Below are positions 12,600-24,157 of a stretch of 64,000 bases of DNA, piece after piece; within the stretch, counting starts at the first letter, position 1; the number at the start of each line of letters is the position of its first letter. Origin of the DNA: Camelus dromedarius (taxonomy: Eukaryota). The stretch lies in contig NC_087437.1 in the NCBI RefSeq assembly GCF_036321535.1, positions 121,212,001 to 121,276,000 on the forward strand, given 5' to 3'. The position numbers were made by a program, and so were the translations under genes. The notes under the pieces were generated by a model. It did no database searches. It saw nothing but the letters and a program-made list of their open reading frames with translations, and had not been told where the DNA came from.

Positions 12600-15165
12600 C
12601 CGATTCAAGGACCAACTGGATCAAGAAGCAACACTCCTCAGGGAAGACAAGAGCCCAGAGTCTGGGACATCTCAGCGGCAAAGCTTCACCGATGACGAAA
12701 AACCCCCGATGAGAGAAGAAGGGAGAGGCAGGCGATGGCAGCCGGGAGGTGGTCCTGGGGCTGGAGCCGCGAGATGCGAGCAGTGTGTGAGCAGGTTCGA
12801 GGGACAAAGGGAAAACAAGGTGAGGACGCGGCACCTCGCAGGTCAGCAGGGTGCTTAAGCGTGTCAGCTGCACTCCTCGGTTCTGGAACAGCCAAAACGC
12901 GTGATTCCCTGGTCGGCTCAGCCAGAAAACCGACTGACAGAACTGAACTGAGGAAGAGAGGAAACAAGACTGATGAGAAACGGACAGGCTATGGGACCCG
13001 AGGACAGTCTCGGGGGTCCTGACCCCACGTGGCCGGGTCCTGGGAGGAGGGAAGAGCGAGGGTGGGTTTTATGGCGGAAGCGGCAGCCCCAGGCAGCAGC
13101 GCGAGGTCACTGCACAGAAGGCGTGGATGCGTGTTGCGGGCAGGAACTTTGAGGGCGCCGCTGTCAGCTGCAGCTGTCACCAAAACCCAAAACCAGGGGT
13201 GTCCTGACGAGTGGACGGAGAGAAACGAGGTGGGGGGTGCAGCAGCACCGCCATCTGCATGGGGCCCAGGAGGCCGGAGGGCCCGCAGAGGGACCACAGA
13301 AGGCCACTTTGAGCGACAGCCCTCACCCGGGCGGTGGGAGCCGTGTCCTCCCGTCTCCGGCCCGGACTGAGGGCAGCTGGACCAGGGACTTCGCAGCAAG
13401 CGTGGACAGCCAAGTCCCAGGAGAAACCTGTTTCTAGAACTGGACAGGCAGAGGTGTGCCGAGTGCCACAGGATGGAGGACCCTCTCCCTTCTCCTGGCC
13501 CTGCACAAGGCCGGCCTGTAACCAGCACCCCCTCTACAGTCACAGCTGGGCAGGTGCCCCAAACCCCAAGAGAGGCCAAAGGAACCAGGAGCAAAGGCCG
13601 CTGCACCCACAGCTTGCGAGGGCACGGGCCCCAGCAGTGCTGGTCCGCGCAGAGCACAGAGGCTGCCCGGCTGAGAGCTCCAGACCCGGCCGGGAAGGGG
13701 GCCGGGGCCACAGGTCAGGGGGAGCGGCAGGGAGAGCCCTGGAGGGGGCACCCCGATTCCCTGTGCCAACCACCACACAGAAGCAAGAAAAGCTTTAAGA
13801 CCTAAACCATGATGCAAGCCACCCCAGCCCCACTCTGACCCGGTCCGGGCCACACAAACCCAGACACGGCGGCGAAAGCTCCGAGGACAGAGAAGGCAAG
13901 ACAGAGCTTCAGTCCGAACCTGCAGGGCGGAGTCCCTGCCTTTGAAAAAAAAAATCTCCCGAGAAACTGAGCAGAACCAGAGTCTGAAAACACGACACTC
14001 AAAATAATCACATACATAGCAGTCAAGCAAAGGTTCTTCAGCAGGAAGTGCGTGTGCAACTCTGCAGCCCCAGGGGCAAGCCCAGGAGCAGACGCCGGCC
14101 CCGAGCACGAGCGGTTCCGAGGCCCTGCCCTCCCTGAGCGGGGCGTGCGCACCTGCAGTGCAGCGGCGCACGGCTCTCAGCAGAGGAACCGAGGCGTCGA
14201 CAAGACCTAGAGCCAAAACAACACAGCACAGGAGGTGGGTCTTCCTGTAAAAGCCCGCAGCAGAATGAAGGTGGCAGAAGATTCAGGGCACGTGAGGTGG
14301 AGGCGCAGAAACGACCCCCGGAGAACAGAGAGAGGACAGGAGGTTCTGACGGGTCGGGGGCATCGCAGGGCCCGACCCCGGGTCCCAGGCGTCCCAGAGG
14401 GAGAGGGAAGACGGTGCCGAGAAACGGTGGCTGCCAACTTCTCGAATGTGGCAAACACACGGATTTACACACTCGCAAAGCTCCATGACACCCAGACAGG
14501 ACAGACTCGGGGAGGCCAGGGCCGGAGATGGCCCAGAGTGAAACCAGAGACCGAGGGGGCCGGAGAGGGGCACAGCTTCAGGGGCGCCAACTCCAGTCAC
14601 GTCGGGGACGCGAGGCCCCCGGAGAGTGGACAACGCCCCTAGTCTGGACCCTACAGCGTGGAGGGTCTCCAGGGACACAGGCGCAGGTAAAGCCTGGGGA
14701 CGTGGTGCCCACAGGAAGTTCTTGACGCAGAAAGTGACACCCAAGGGGACAGGGCCTCAGAGGCAGAAGAAGACACAGGAAGAACGAACATCCGGACAAG
14801 CGTAACGTGCTGGTTTTCTGCTTCAGGTTCTTTCAAATAACTACCGAAGGCCAGAACTTGAACATCGTCCAGGTGACCCGCGTGTGCACGTGTAACGCGG
14901 ATGACAAACACAACGCGGGGTCTCACGACCGGAAGGGCTCTGGGCTTCACCTGCAGTGGTGCAGTATTAACACGGACTGCGCACAATCGGAAGTCTGCTG
15001 TGGTCCCCGGAGCAAGCACTAAAAGATTAACACAAACAAGCACCTAAGAAGCCAACAAGCTGGGTCGGCCGACACCGACCACTGCAAACAGACAGGCCGA
15101 CAGCCAGGCCCTCCGCACAGCGCAGGGCTGCGCCCGGGGCCTCGCGGTGACCTGCGGTGAGGAGG

Positions 15166-15212
<47 letters not shown>

Positions 15213-15750
15213 CAACCGAGTTGGTGTGCTGTGCACTGGACACGAACACAACACTGTAAACTGACTACAGTTCAATTTAAAATTTTTTAAAACGCCAACA
15301 AACTAAATGGAATACTAAAAAATATTCAAGTAATCTAAAAAAGGACAGGAAATTAGGAGGAAAGACTCAAACCAGAGGGGCAAACGGAAGTCAAACGCTG
15401 TAGACGAAATCCAAGCACCGCAGGGATTTTCACTGAACATAAATACACTCATTAAAAGCGAGATCGTCAGACCAGATAAAGAATAATAAAAACACAGCAA
15501 CGAGACCCAAACACATTCTCTCTGCAAGAATCCACTTTAAACGTAATGCTTTATTTAGCTGGTTTAAATGTTAAAAAAAAAATCCCAAAGAAAGCAGGAG
15601 GCCCAGGTGGCTTAACGGGGAAGTTCCGCCAAACTTTCAAGAACAGGGGATCCCGTAAGAAAGAAAGATGGAGGCTCCGAGCCATCCTCGAGGCCGGCCT
15701 GACGCCGCGAGCGAGACGCAGACGGGAGCTGCGCCCCACCCGCTGTGAGC
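12600..15750 (+). mobile_element. Highly degenerate old LINE-1 (5'/ORF1 to ORF2 start remnants), GC-shifted
   Basis: A/purine-rich plus strand with recognisable L1 phrases (e.g. 14390-14510, 15440-15545), interrupted by GC-rich patches. Confidence 0.5.
15169..15213 (+). repeat. (TG)19 microsatellite followed by a short CG run
   Basis: Read directly from the sequence. Confidence 0.95.
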
Positions 15751-18700
15751 GGGCGGCACACGCGAGGGGTTTACCCCCGAAGCACAGGGAGGCTGGGATC
15801 ACAGAGTCTGGAGATGCAACTCACTTCAGCGGACCAGCAGGGAAGCTGTGCTCGTGGTGCAGGCAGGTGCGGACGGACGGGGCGGCATCCTCGCCCCGCG
15901 GCATCCCAAACTCGGGGAGGGTGTGGGTGGGAGGCAGGGCGCAGGCTCTCCGTCTGTCTGTCCGTCTGTCCCGTCCGTCCTCGGGCGCTGGGAGCCCTGG
16001 GGCCACAGCACTCAGCTCGTGCTGTAAAGGGTGGATGATCTGGGGCAACCTTCACTTCCCTGCAGCGACGGGCAGCCCCCTCCACGTGTCCCCTCAGCCC
16101 TGGGCAGCAGCGTCACCAATCCCGTGGCACCTCATTTGTCCACCCTGATTCCACGTCCACAGTGGTTGGTGCTGACGTGACGGGGCAGCCCAGGCCGGGG
16201 ACAGGAGGGGAGACAGACAGGTGGGAGCCTTGGGCCAGGTGTGGGCCGGGGGAGCGCGGACAGGTGTGGGACTCACCTCCACACTCTGCCTTCACTGGGC
16301 GCTGGTGGGCAGGGGCCCCTCCCTCCCCTGCGGCCGGTCACTCCCTGTGGGTGCCCCCCACAGCTCTGGCTCAGCCAGCCCAGGACATCCTCCCTCCCTT
16401 GTCGCTGCAGCCCAGACCTCGCTGGTCCCTGTAAGCCTGCCAGACTCCCAGGCAGTGCCCAGGGGCTGCAGCGGTGGGGAGCGAAGGCCGACTCCATCCC
16501 GCCCCGTGTGGCTGGGCCTCAGATGCCCTCCTCCTCGCTGGCGAGTTGGGGGTCCAGTGTGCAGGCTGGTGCTCACCCTTGACCCGCTCACCCCTGAAGT
16601 CCGCAGAGGCTTCTCACCCCCGAGGAGCCACGTGTGTGCACACGTGGGCGTGGAGCGTGGCAGGAGGCGGGGGCCGTGCCGGGTGAGGTGGCGCCCGAGG
16701 TCTGGCACCTGGGACCTCGCTGCCGCCTCGTCCCCTCGAGTAGCTGCTCCTCGGGCGGGAACTGGTCCAGGAGGGAGAACCCCGTGAGATTCCCTGAGTC
16801 GGCTTTGCCCCGAAGCTGCAAGTGTTTCATGTGGTTCCAACTCATTCAGTGCATTATCCAGGATTTCAAAGAGCCACTAGCAAGACAATCCCTCGGTCTC
16901 TCGTTTCCATCTGAGCCAGCTCCAGCGTCAGGTCCTCTGCCAGGGAGGTAAACCCACACGCGCAGGCACACGCTCACGCGCCAGTTGAAAGGGACCTGGC
17001 ACCACCATCCCCTGGAGACAACCTGAGTCGCAGGGATCCGTCACTCGCTCACACGCCGCCCAGCCCAGGCAGCTGGCTCGGACCACCTATGACCTGGTCC
17101 AGCTGCCCCCAGGACCCTACCCACCTACTGGGTACGCAGCCTCCATCCACAGGCCCGGGCGCTCCTCACTGTGCTACTGGGCAGCAGGTCCCGCCCAGGG
17201 ACCCTGCGCCCGCCACTGAGTGATGGCAGCGAGTGGGCTGCAGGCCCTGCCATCCCCTCCCACTTCCCATGAGACCCCACCTGTGCTCCCCTGGCGCCGC
17301 CCCAAGGCTGGACACCAGGCCCGTCACCCTGAGAACACAGCCTCCCTCATCTCCACTCCTGAAAGAGAGTGACCACCACTGAGACTCCTTGGGACTCCAA
17401 GGAGGAAGAGGTCTACGCAGGACCTCGGCTCCCGCTGCGGAGGCATTTCCGGGCCGTGCATGATTCCCGAGGACAGCACCCGAGGCAGGTGGGAGGGGGC
17501 GCAGGGCTGCCCGGCCGGGGACAACGCCCCTCTGGCTCCACGGGTCACAGCCCAGCCCCACCCGCAGTGTCACACCATGGACACGCCCCGCTCCAGGACC
17601 ACTCAGTCCTGAGCTTTGCACCATTTACACATCAGCTCCCTCACTCAGAGATACAGCAAGTCTAGTCAAAATATAAAAGGTGAGGCCAAGATTGCCCCAC
17701 GTGGCGTGGCCTGAGGGCAGCAGGGTGACTCACCAGCAGCGCCGCGTCTGCCGGGCACACTGTCCTCCTGGACACTGCGGTACCCTCCCCAGGCCGCATC
17801 ACCCCTTGTTCAGCTGAGGAACGGGGTGGCGGAGGCGTGACTGGTTCACCTGGCTGGGGAGGGCAGCTGGGGAGGAGACTCAGGGCCTGAAGAGTGGGGC
17901 AGCCAGGCGGGGGACACAGCCAGGCAGGGGGCAGGGCACGCCTCCCCAAGGCCAGTGGGCAGAGACCGCTGTGCGGGAGGGCAGGCGCTGGCGGAGAGGA
18001 ACCCTCATCAGGTGCCCGAGGATCCTGGGGCTCAGGGGTGACGGGGTGGCTGGCCTGGCAGACGGGCTTGATGGCACCTCTGCTGAATCAGGGTGTGACT
18101 GGGCCAGGCTGGCGTCCTCCAGAACCGGGCTTCGCTCAAAGGGGGAGGTGGTGGGCCCGGGGCAAGTCCACACCCAGGACACGGGTCCAGATGCCACAGG
18201 GGCCTGGGCTCGGGGACTCTGGGTCAGGGGTGGGGAAGGCTGGTGCTGTCTGCCTCTTCAAGGACTGAACCACCTTGTCCCCTCTACAAAGCCCAGTTCC
18301 GGGGGGGAAGGGCGCCCTTGACGCGGGCAGACGGGGGCCTCCCTCATGTACTCCACCCAGGCACCCTGGCTGACACGGGGGATGGACGCATCGGACAAGC
18401 GCTCGTCCCACACAAAGACAACAGGGGCCAAAGGGCCGAGGGCCCTGTGAGCTCTGCGTTTCCGGTCGTGCAGGGCCAGAGCCTGGAGAGGCGCAGTGGG
18501 GCCCCCACACCCAGAAGATAAAGCCCCAGAACTCCCCTCTCTGTCCCTGGAATCGGACTGGCAAACAGGAAGACAGGGTGGACACTGACCCAAATCACCC
18601 AAATCTCTCACAAAACCAGCACCACAGAAAAGGGGCCCCAAATGAAAACTGAAACACTCAGGAAGGGACAGAGCGAACAAACGTTCTGAAATAAATGTAA

Positions 18701-18759
18701 TTAAAATCCCCAAAGGGGAGCAGTTCAGGACGCCTACAGAGGGAAGCGCACAGCAGGCC

Positions 18760-19160
18760 TGGGACGCCACCTCGGGCGTCTGGGAACGTGCGTGTGGAGT
18801 GACGCGGGGCCTCCCGGGCCTGGCCCGCCTGCACACGCAGTATGGACAGCTGCGCTCCCTCTGGGAGTCTGGAACTTGGGGGCAGGCCAGGCGGAGGGCG
18901 CCCACGTGACCAGCCCCCAGGAAAGCCCTGGGCGCTGATCTCCCACGAGCTCCCTGCTGGCGGGTGAGTGCTTCCTGTGTGACTCCCCGGGGTGGGGGTG
19001 GGGGCTCAGGAAGCCTGTGCCCGGTGTCCCCTGGCCTCTCCCCACGCGACCCTCCCTGTGCTGACTCAGCCCCTGGGCCTTTCTCTGCAACAAACCACAG
19101 CTGTGAGGCCTCCTAGCGAATCACTCAGCCTGGAGGTGGGACTGGGGACCCCCGCCTCCT
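18760..19160 (+). mobile_element. MER68/MER77-like ERVL LTR
   Basis: CTCTGGGAGTCTGGAA..CACGTGACCAGCCCCCA..CCCTGGGC..TCCTGTGTGACTCC..CTCCTAGCGAATCA..GGGGACCCCC follows the remembered consensus order. Confidence 0.55.
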
Positions 19161-19783
19161 ACCACCCCAGACCCCAGACATTAACAAGCACGGCTGAAAC
19201 TCCTCAACAGGAAGGCACGACGAGTGCTGCTGGCAGAGGGGCCGAGGTCCTGGCCCAGACACAGGGTGGGCAGCAGGCAAGAGCCCAGAGGAGCGGGACC
19301 GCCTGGGCACCTGGCTCGGGACGTCACGGGGCTGACACGAGAAGCCACGATGACCGTCACCGCAGCAGCCAACGGCGGATCGGGGACTCGGCCTCCGTGC
19401 TCCCGTCCAGTGACCAGGCCCAGACCAGGGCAGGTCGGCAGCCGAGACAAGAACCACCTATAAAACAGAAGCGTGGTCTCAGCGCCCCGCTGCCTTCTCC
19501 CCGCAGGACGGCGTCAGCTGCCCACACTCAGGCTGAAGGGAGCGCGGAGTTCTGGCCCAAGGTCGGTGGAGACGTCCATCCTACCCGGGTGCTGCTGGGA
19601 AACCGGGAAGTTGAGGTTGCGGGGGGCGGGGAACGAGGTGGAGTCCCAGGCCGAGCTGCCACCTCGGGAAGGCAAGTCTGCTGCGGAGCCTCAGGCCTGT
19701 CCCACGGCCACCTGGTTCCCACGTGATCGTATTAAAATGCAACGAAGAAAAACACTGTGCAGGATAGGGGGAAAATACATACC

Positions 19784-19789
19784 TTTATT
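19784..19789 (-). terminator. Distal poly(A) signal AATAAA of UBE2G2
   Basis: Minus-strand AATAAA followed about 25-45 nt later by a GT/T-rich element (GTGTTTTTCTTCGTTG). Further signals lie at 19884-19889 (AATAAA) and 19856-19861 (ATTAAA). Confidence 0.65.
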
Positions 19790-20896
19790 TTTAACATAGG
19801 AATTAAACTCCATCACAGAATAATGACGCCATGGGGTTCTTTCTCTTTTGTTCCATTTAATAAATACAAATGAATAAAAACACTTTATTCTGCAAAGAGT
19901 CTGCCTCTCTTCTGTCTTCAGATTTCCTGGGGGCCCCCGAGGCCACCTGCCGACATGGCTCAGGTCCGCGCTGCAGCGAGGGCCGCTCCCCACCCCTGCC
20001 CCGCCAACCGCTTCCCCTCCCTGTGGCGGGGCTCCTTCTCATCCAGCAGGCCTGCAGACACCACTCAGGCACAGCCCCCTCCCTTCCCACCCCTCCCAGA
20101 CGCCAGTCCTCGAACTGAATTTCAAATCTCAGGTGATCCGCCGTCTGAGGAGGAGGAGGAGTCTAGTTTCCACTGAAGCTCGATGTGGGCTCCCTCCAGC
20201 TGGTCCCACTGAACACCGAGACTGCGTGTGCAGGTTCAGGAGAACAGACCCCCGTCCATGGGTGCGTTATGAAAGGGAAAGGATAATGCAAAGTGTACTG
20301 TGTGTCTTGTAGACCGTCCCTTACTTCAAAAATAGAAACTCCTATGTAAATTTAAGCTGTTAAGAGTCTGCAGGCGACACATCTGTTATTGCTTATAACG
20401 GACCCCAGCGCGGAGCCGAGCTGCCCACACCAGACGACGCCCAGACCGCACCCAGATCCCCACCCTGGGCCGGCCCGCGCGCCGCACGTCCACGCACATC
20501 CACGCACGTCCATGAGCGGCGGCGGCGGTCCAGGTCGGGATACGGCGCGCCTCTGTGCTCCGAGCTGACGGGGGACTCCCTTCCCACCCCAAGTTGGGAA
20601 GAACGGTTTTGTCCCAATTGTTGAATTTCCTGCTGCAGCTGCCACGCACGAGAGCTCGGAACTTCCCAGTTTTCTGGCTGGAAGAAAACTCTGGCAGACC
20701 CAGAAGAAACCTGGACTAAAATCTCAGTCTCACGCGCTCCGGCCCTGGGAGCGCACCTCTGGGGACGTGCCGGTGACAGAAGCAGAAGTGTCACCTTTGA
20801 CCAACACCAGCAGGGAAACGCCGGTCTTTGTGACCAGCGGGAAATTTCTTTTCTACGTGAACCCCATTTTTCATTAATCCACGTTTTAAAAAAGTG

Positions 20897-20902
20897 TTTA
20901 TT
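20897..20902 (-). terminator. Candidate proximal poly(A) signal AATAAA of UBE2G2
   Basis: Minus-strand AATAAA in an AT-rich patch, with upstream TGTA and ATTAAA and a downstream T-run. Confidence 0.5.
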
Positions 20903-21461
20903 TCCTCAAAGTATTTCTAAATGTGGTATTTTTAATACACAATAAATGAAAAGAGGTGACTAGATGGTAAGAAAAAAACCCGCTTGTAAAACGAAGTACT
21001 GAAACAGGGTTCCATGCCCCTCGTGGGGGCCAGGGAACCAGGAGGGCCCCAGACACGTCCCAGCTGCCACCTTCTGCCGGGGCTACAGGGCCCCCGTCTT
21101 GGGGAGGACGTTGCTGGTTCCAGTCCCCAGGGGGCCGGCGCATCCACCCTCACACTGTGGGAGGGAGGGAGGCCACCAACTGCTGGGTGTGTGGGCGCAA
21201 CAGCTGGGAGAGGCGGTGGTGACGGCTCCCTGCACCACTCCTGGCACGCCTCGCCACACCCAGCTGTCACCGTCCTCAGGTCGTAATTTCAGAAGAGAAG
21301 CCTGTTTGGGGTAGGAAAGGTGGGAAAAAATAGATGCTGTGGTTCTGCAAGCTTGCCTTTTTTGGTACCAGCACAGAGTGTCACTGTCACCAAGCGTTTC
21401 AGAGGACACTGGAAACCGCCTGGCGGTGTGTGTGCACGCAGGTGCGGGCACAGTGCGCGGC

Positions 21462-21574
21462 TCAGAGCCCCAGCGACTTCTGCACGATCTGCTTGGCAAC
21501 CTTGTAAAACTGCTCCCGGTCATCCCGCCACATTTTAGAGGCGTCCACGTTGGCCCCGCTCTCATCGTTGGGCT
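21462..21574 (-). CDS. UBE2G2: UBE2G2 coding exon 6 (113 nt to TGA)
   Basis: Translates EPNDESGANVDASKMWRDDREQFYKVAKQIVQKSLGL*. Acceptor CTCTCTTTCAG. Exons sum to 498 nt = 165 aa + stop. Confidence 0.98.
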
Positions 21575-24016
21575 CTGAAAGAGAGGGGACCGTCCACTTT
21601 AAAGGGGCTCAAAAAGGAAGGACCTGGCGAGACCTTCCACCCCCGAGAACATCACTGATCTTCCTGGAGACAAACCAGAAACACCGACAGCTGCGAATCC
21701 AGGGGAAGGGCATCAGCTCTCTGAGCACGAGAGCCTCCTCCTGAGAAGGGGAGAGAGGTCAGCAGACAGATGGGCAAGGCCCCCTCTCAGGGTTCCGGCA
21801 CCCTCGGGTCTGAAGCACCCACACAAGCCACCTGGGTCTCACTCTGGAAGCACCAGGATGACTGACACACTCCCACCCACCCGGGAGAGCTAGCCACAGA
21901 CCACCCACCCACCGCTGTCTCCCGCCCTGGGGGGCTCTGGAGACCATGTCTCCCTCCCAGAGCCCCTTCCCAGTGGACCTGTCCGAGGACAGTGCAAGGG
22001 TGGGGCTCCACCAGGGACATCTAGCCTGCAGACACCTGCCCCTAGGATGGCTCTCCGTGGGCGGGCCAGCTGGGGCCAGCGGGCGCTCTATAACTGGTAC
22101 TGGGAATCACACAGGGGCAGCTGAGGCCAGTGGGCAGTGAGGGCAGGAGACCAGAAGGGACAGAGCCTGAGAGAGGTGCTCAGGGGTCAGCAAGGGCCAG
22201 GAGGCTACAGGGCAGGGAGCACAGCCTTGCCCGCACACTGCGGACCCGCCCCCCTGCGCTGCCGTGGGCAGGGTCTCCACCCAACCACAGTCATGGTCAC
22301 CGCCCTCCTTCCACGCACACGGCACACCTCCCCCACCAGGTCTACGTGCGCAGCCTCACGCTCGGCAGGCGCAGGACACAGCATAAGGCCCTCCGAGAGG
22401 CACCGTCCAGGGGGTTGCCAAGATCGTGAACACCCACGAATGCCTCCTTTCAAACCAAGAGCTACAAGGGGGAGGAGTGGCAGCAGCAGGCAGGGTGGCA
22501 GGCGTCCTGCAGGCCTCTCAGAGCGTGGGGCCCTTAGGAGGCCCTGCCCGGCTGGGCCCAACCACAGAGTCCCACTAGTATGGACAGGACCGGCTGCTCC
22601 CCACCCAGCGTGTCTGCCAGCAGAAACCCCAGGCCCAGAGCGTCAGGAGGGCCACGGCCACAGCCTCCCGGGGCAGTGCCAGCACCGAGGGCGCGGCCCA
22701 GGGGCAGCCGGCTGTGGAGCTGGAAAACAGCGCAGAGCAAGGGACGTGAGTCCTGGGAGGAGTGTGCACAGAATCCATTAAAACCTGAAAAAAAGAATTT
22801 ACAGCAGAAATGCCTGTGACATTTGTAACAGCAGTATTTATGGGCGACATGTGAGGACGGTCGCGTCAGCCCCTCTCCCCGCCTTCCCGTGCCGGCCAAG
22901 CGCGGGCAGTGTGCCAGCTGCGTACCAGGCGCTCGGGCTCCGCCGTGTCTGCGGACGCTGGTGGCCATCACAGCACCCCCCACCCCGCCTCCCTGCAGGA
23001 CCGCAATGCTCTCCTTCCGATGCTCCTCCTCTTCATGGAAGCACCTTTTCCTGGGACCTCTAGACCACTCCTCCCTGTGTCCTTTGAGGGCCCTCTCCTT
23101 CCACAGGCCCTTCCAACACTACCCCTGTCCTGCCTGTCACCTACTGTCTCCTCCAGAGATGACCCCTCGCCCTCACCTCCACGACCAGCCTTCGGCTGAA
23201 TGGCTCCTGGAGATTCGGCTCCTGCCCCCGGGGTGGACAGCACACACCCTAAACTCTACTTGTCCCCAAATCCTGTTCCCTCTGGATTCCTGTCCCCAAA
23301 GACGGCAGCCCGCCACCAGGCCGTCAGGTCAGGAACACAGGAGCCACCCGCACACCAGTGAGCCCACGTCTTCCAGGTCCCCCCAGCCCAACCCCTTCCT
23401 CTCAGCCCGGGACCACGCCGGCCTGCTTCCAGCACGGGGGGCTGCTCGGATGATCTAACACCCCCACGGGCAGCAGGCTCTGGGGGGCCCACTTCCTCAG
23501 GGCGCCCGCCCCGCCGGGCTCCAGCCACACCCAAGCCCCGACAGCACCCCGCCACGAGGGCCAGCGCCCCGCTTCAGACGCCTTGCCCCCCCTCCCTGTT
23601 AACTCCTGCACGCTCTAAACCCACCTTGGGCACTGGCCTGGGAGCCCCTGCGTGCACCCTGGTCCCGGAATGTGTCACAGTACCTGCAACCTCCCTCAGA
23701 ACGTGAGGCCTTACGCCCGGGGTCAGCGTCACACTGAGTTTACACCCAGGACACCATGTCTGCAGTACAGCGGCCCCGTTAGGGACTACTGCATGAACGG
23801 GTGCCCGACGACCAGAGCGCGACTGACCACGGCCCACAGTGTGTACACACAACACAAGAGCATCTTTAAAAGCCGTAATTACGAAAAGGAAGCTTACGCG
23901 TGGAAAAGCGCACACGAGTAACATGAAGGGGAAAGCAGGAAACAGCCTCCGTGCAGCGCTCCCAGAGGACACGCGTGGTACTGGGCAAGGGCTCCCGAGG
24001 GCCCGGGCGGCGTTAC

Positions 24017-24157
24017 CTGCCAACATGCTCACCACCGACAGCAGGATCTTCTCCACGCTCTGCACGGGGCTCCACCGCTCGGCGCTGCTCTCGTAGCCCA
24101 TGGGGTCGTCGCCGGGGGCATGCAGGATGGAGATGCAGACTCTGCCGTCGGGGTAGA
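24017..24157 (-). CDS. UBE2G2: UBE2G2 coding exon 5 (141 nt; catalytic Cys89 and acidic loop)
   Basis: Translates [47 protein letters not shown]. Acceptor CCCGCAG and donor CAG|GTAACG. Confidence 0.98.

Larger units (their letters stand above)
19765..21461 (-). other. UBE2G2: UBE2G2 3' UTR (long form, about 1.7 kb)
   Basis: Runs from the stop codon to the distal AATAAA cluster. The end is inferred from signal position. Confidence 0.65.

Noticed and set aside
1..19700. TSPEAR exon 1 or KRTAP10/12 genes expected by human synteny
   Set aside because: I found no signal-peptide exon resembling TSPEAR and no Cys-rich CCxPxCC-type single-exon ORF; they probably lie outside the window.
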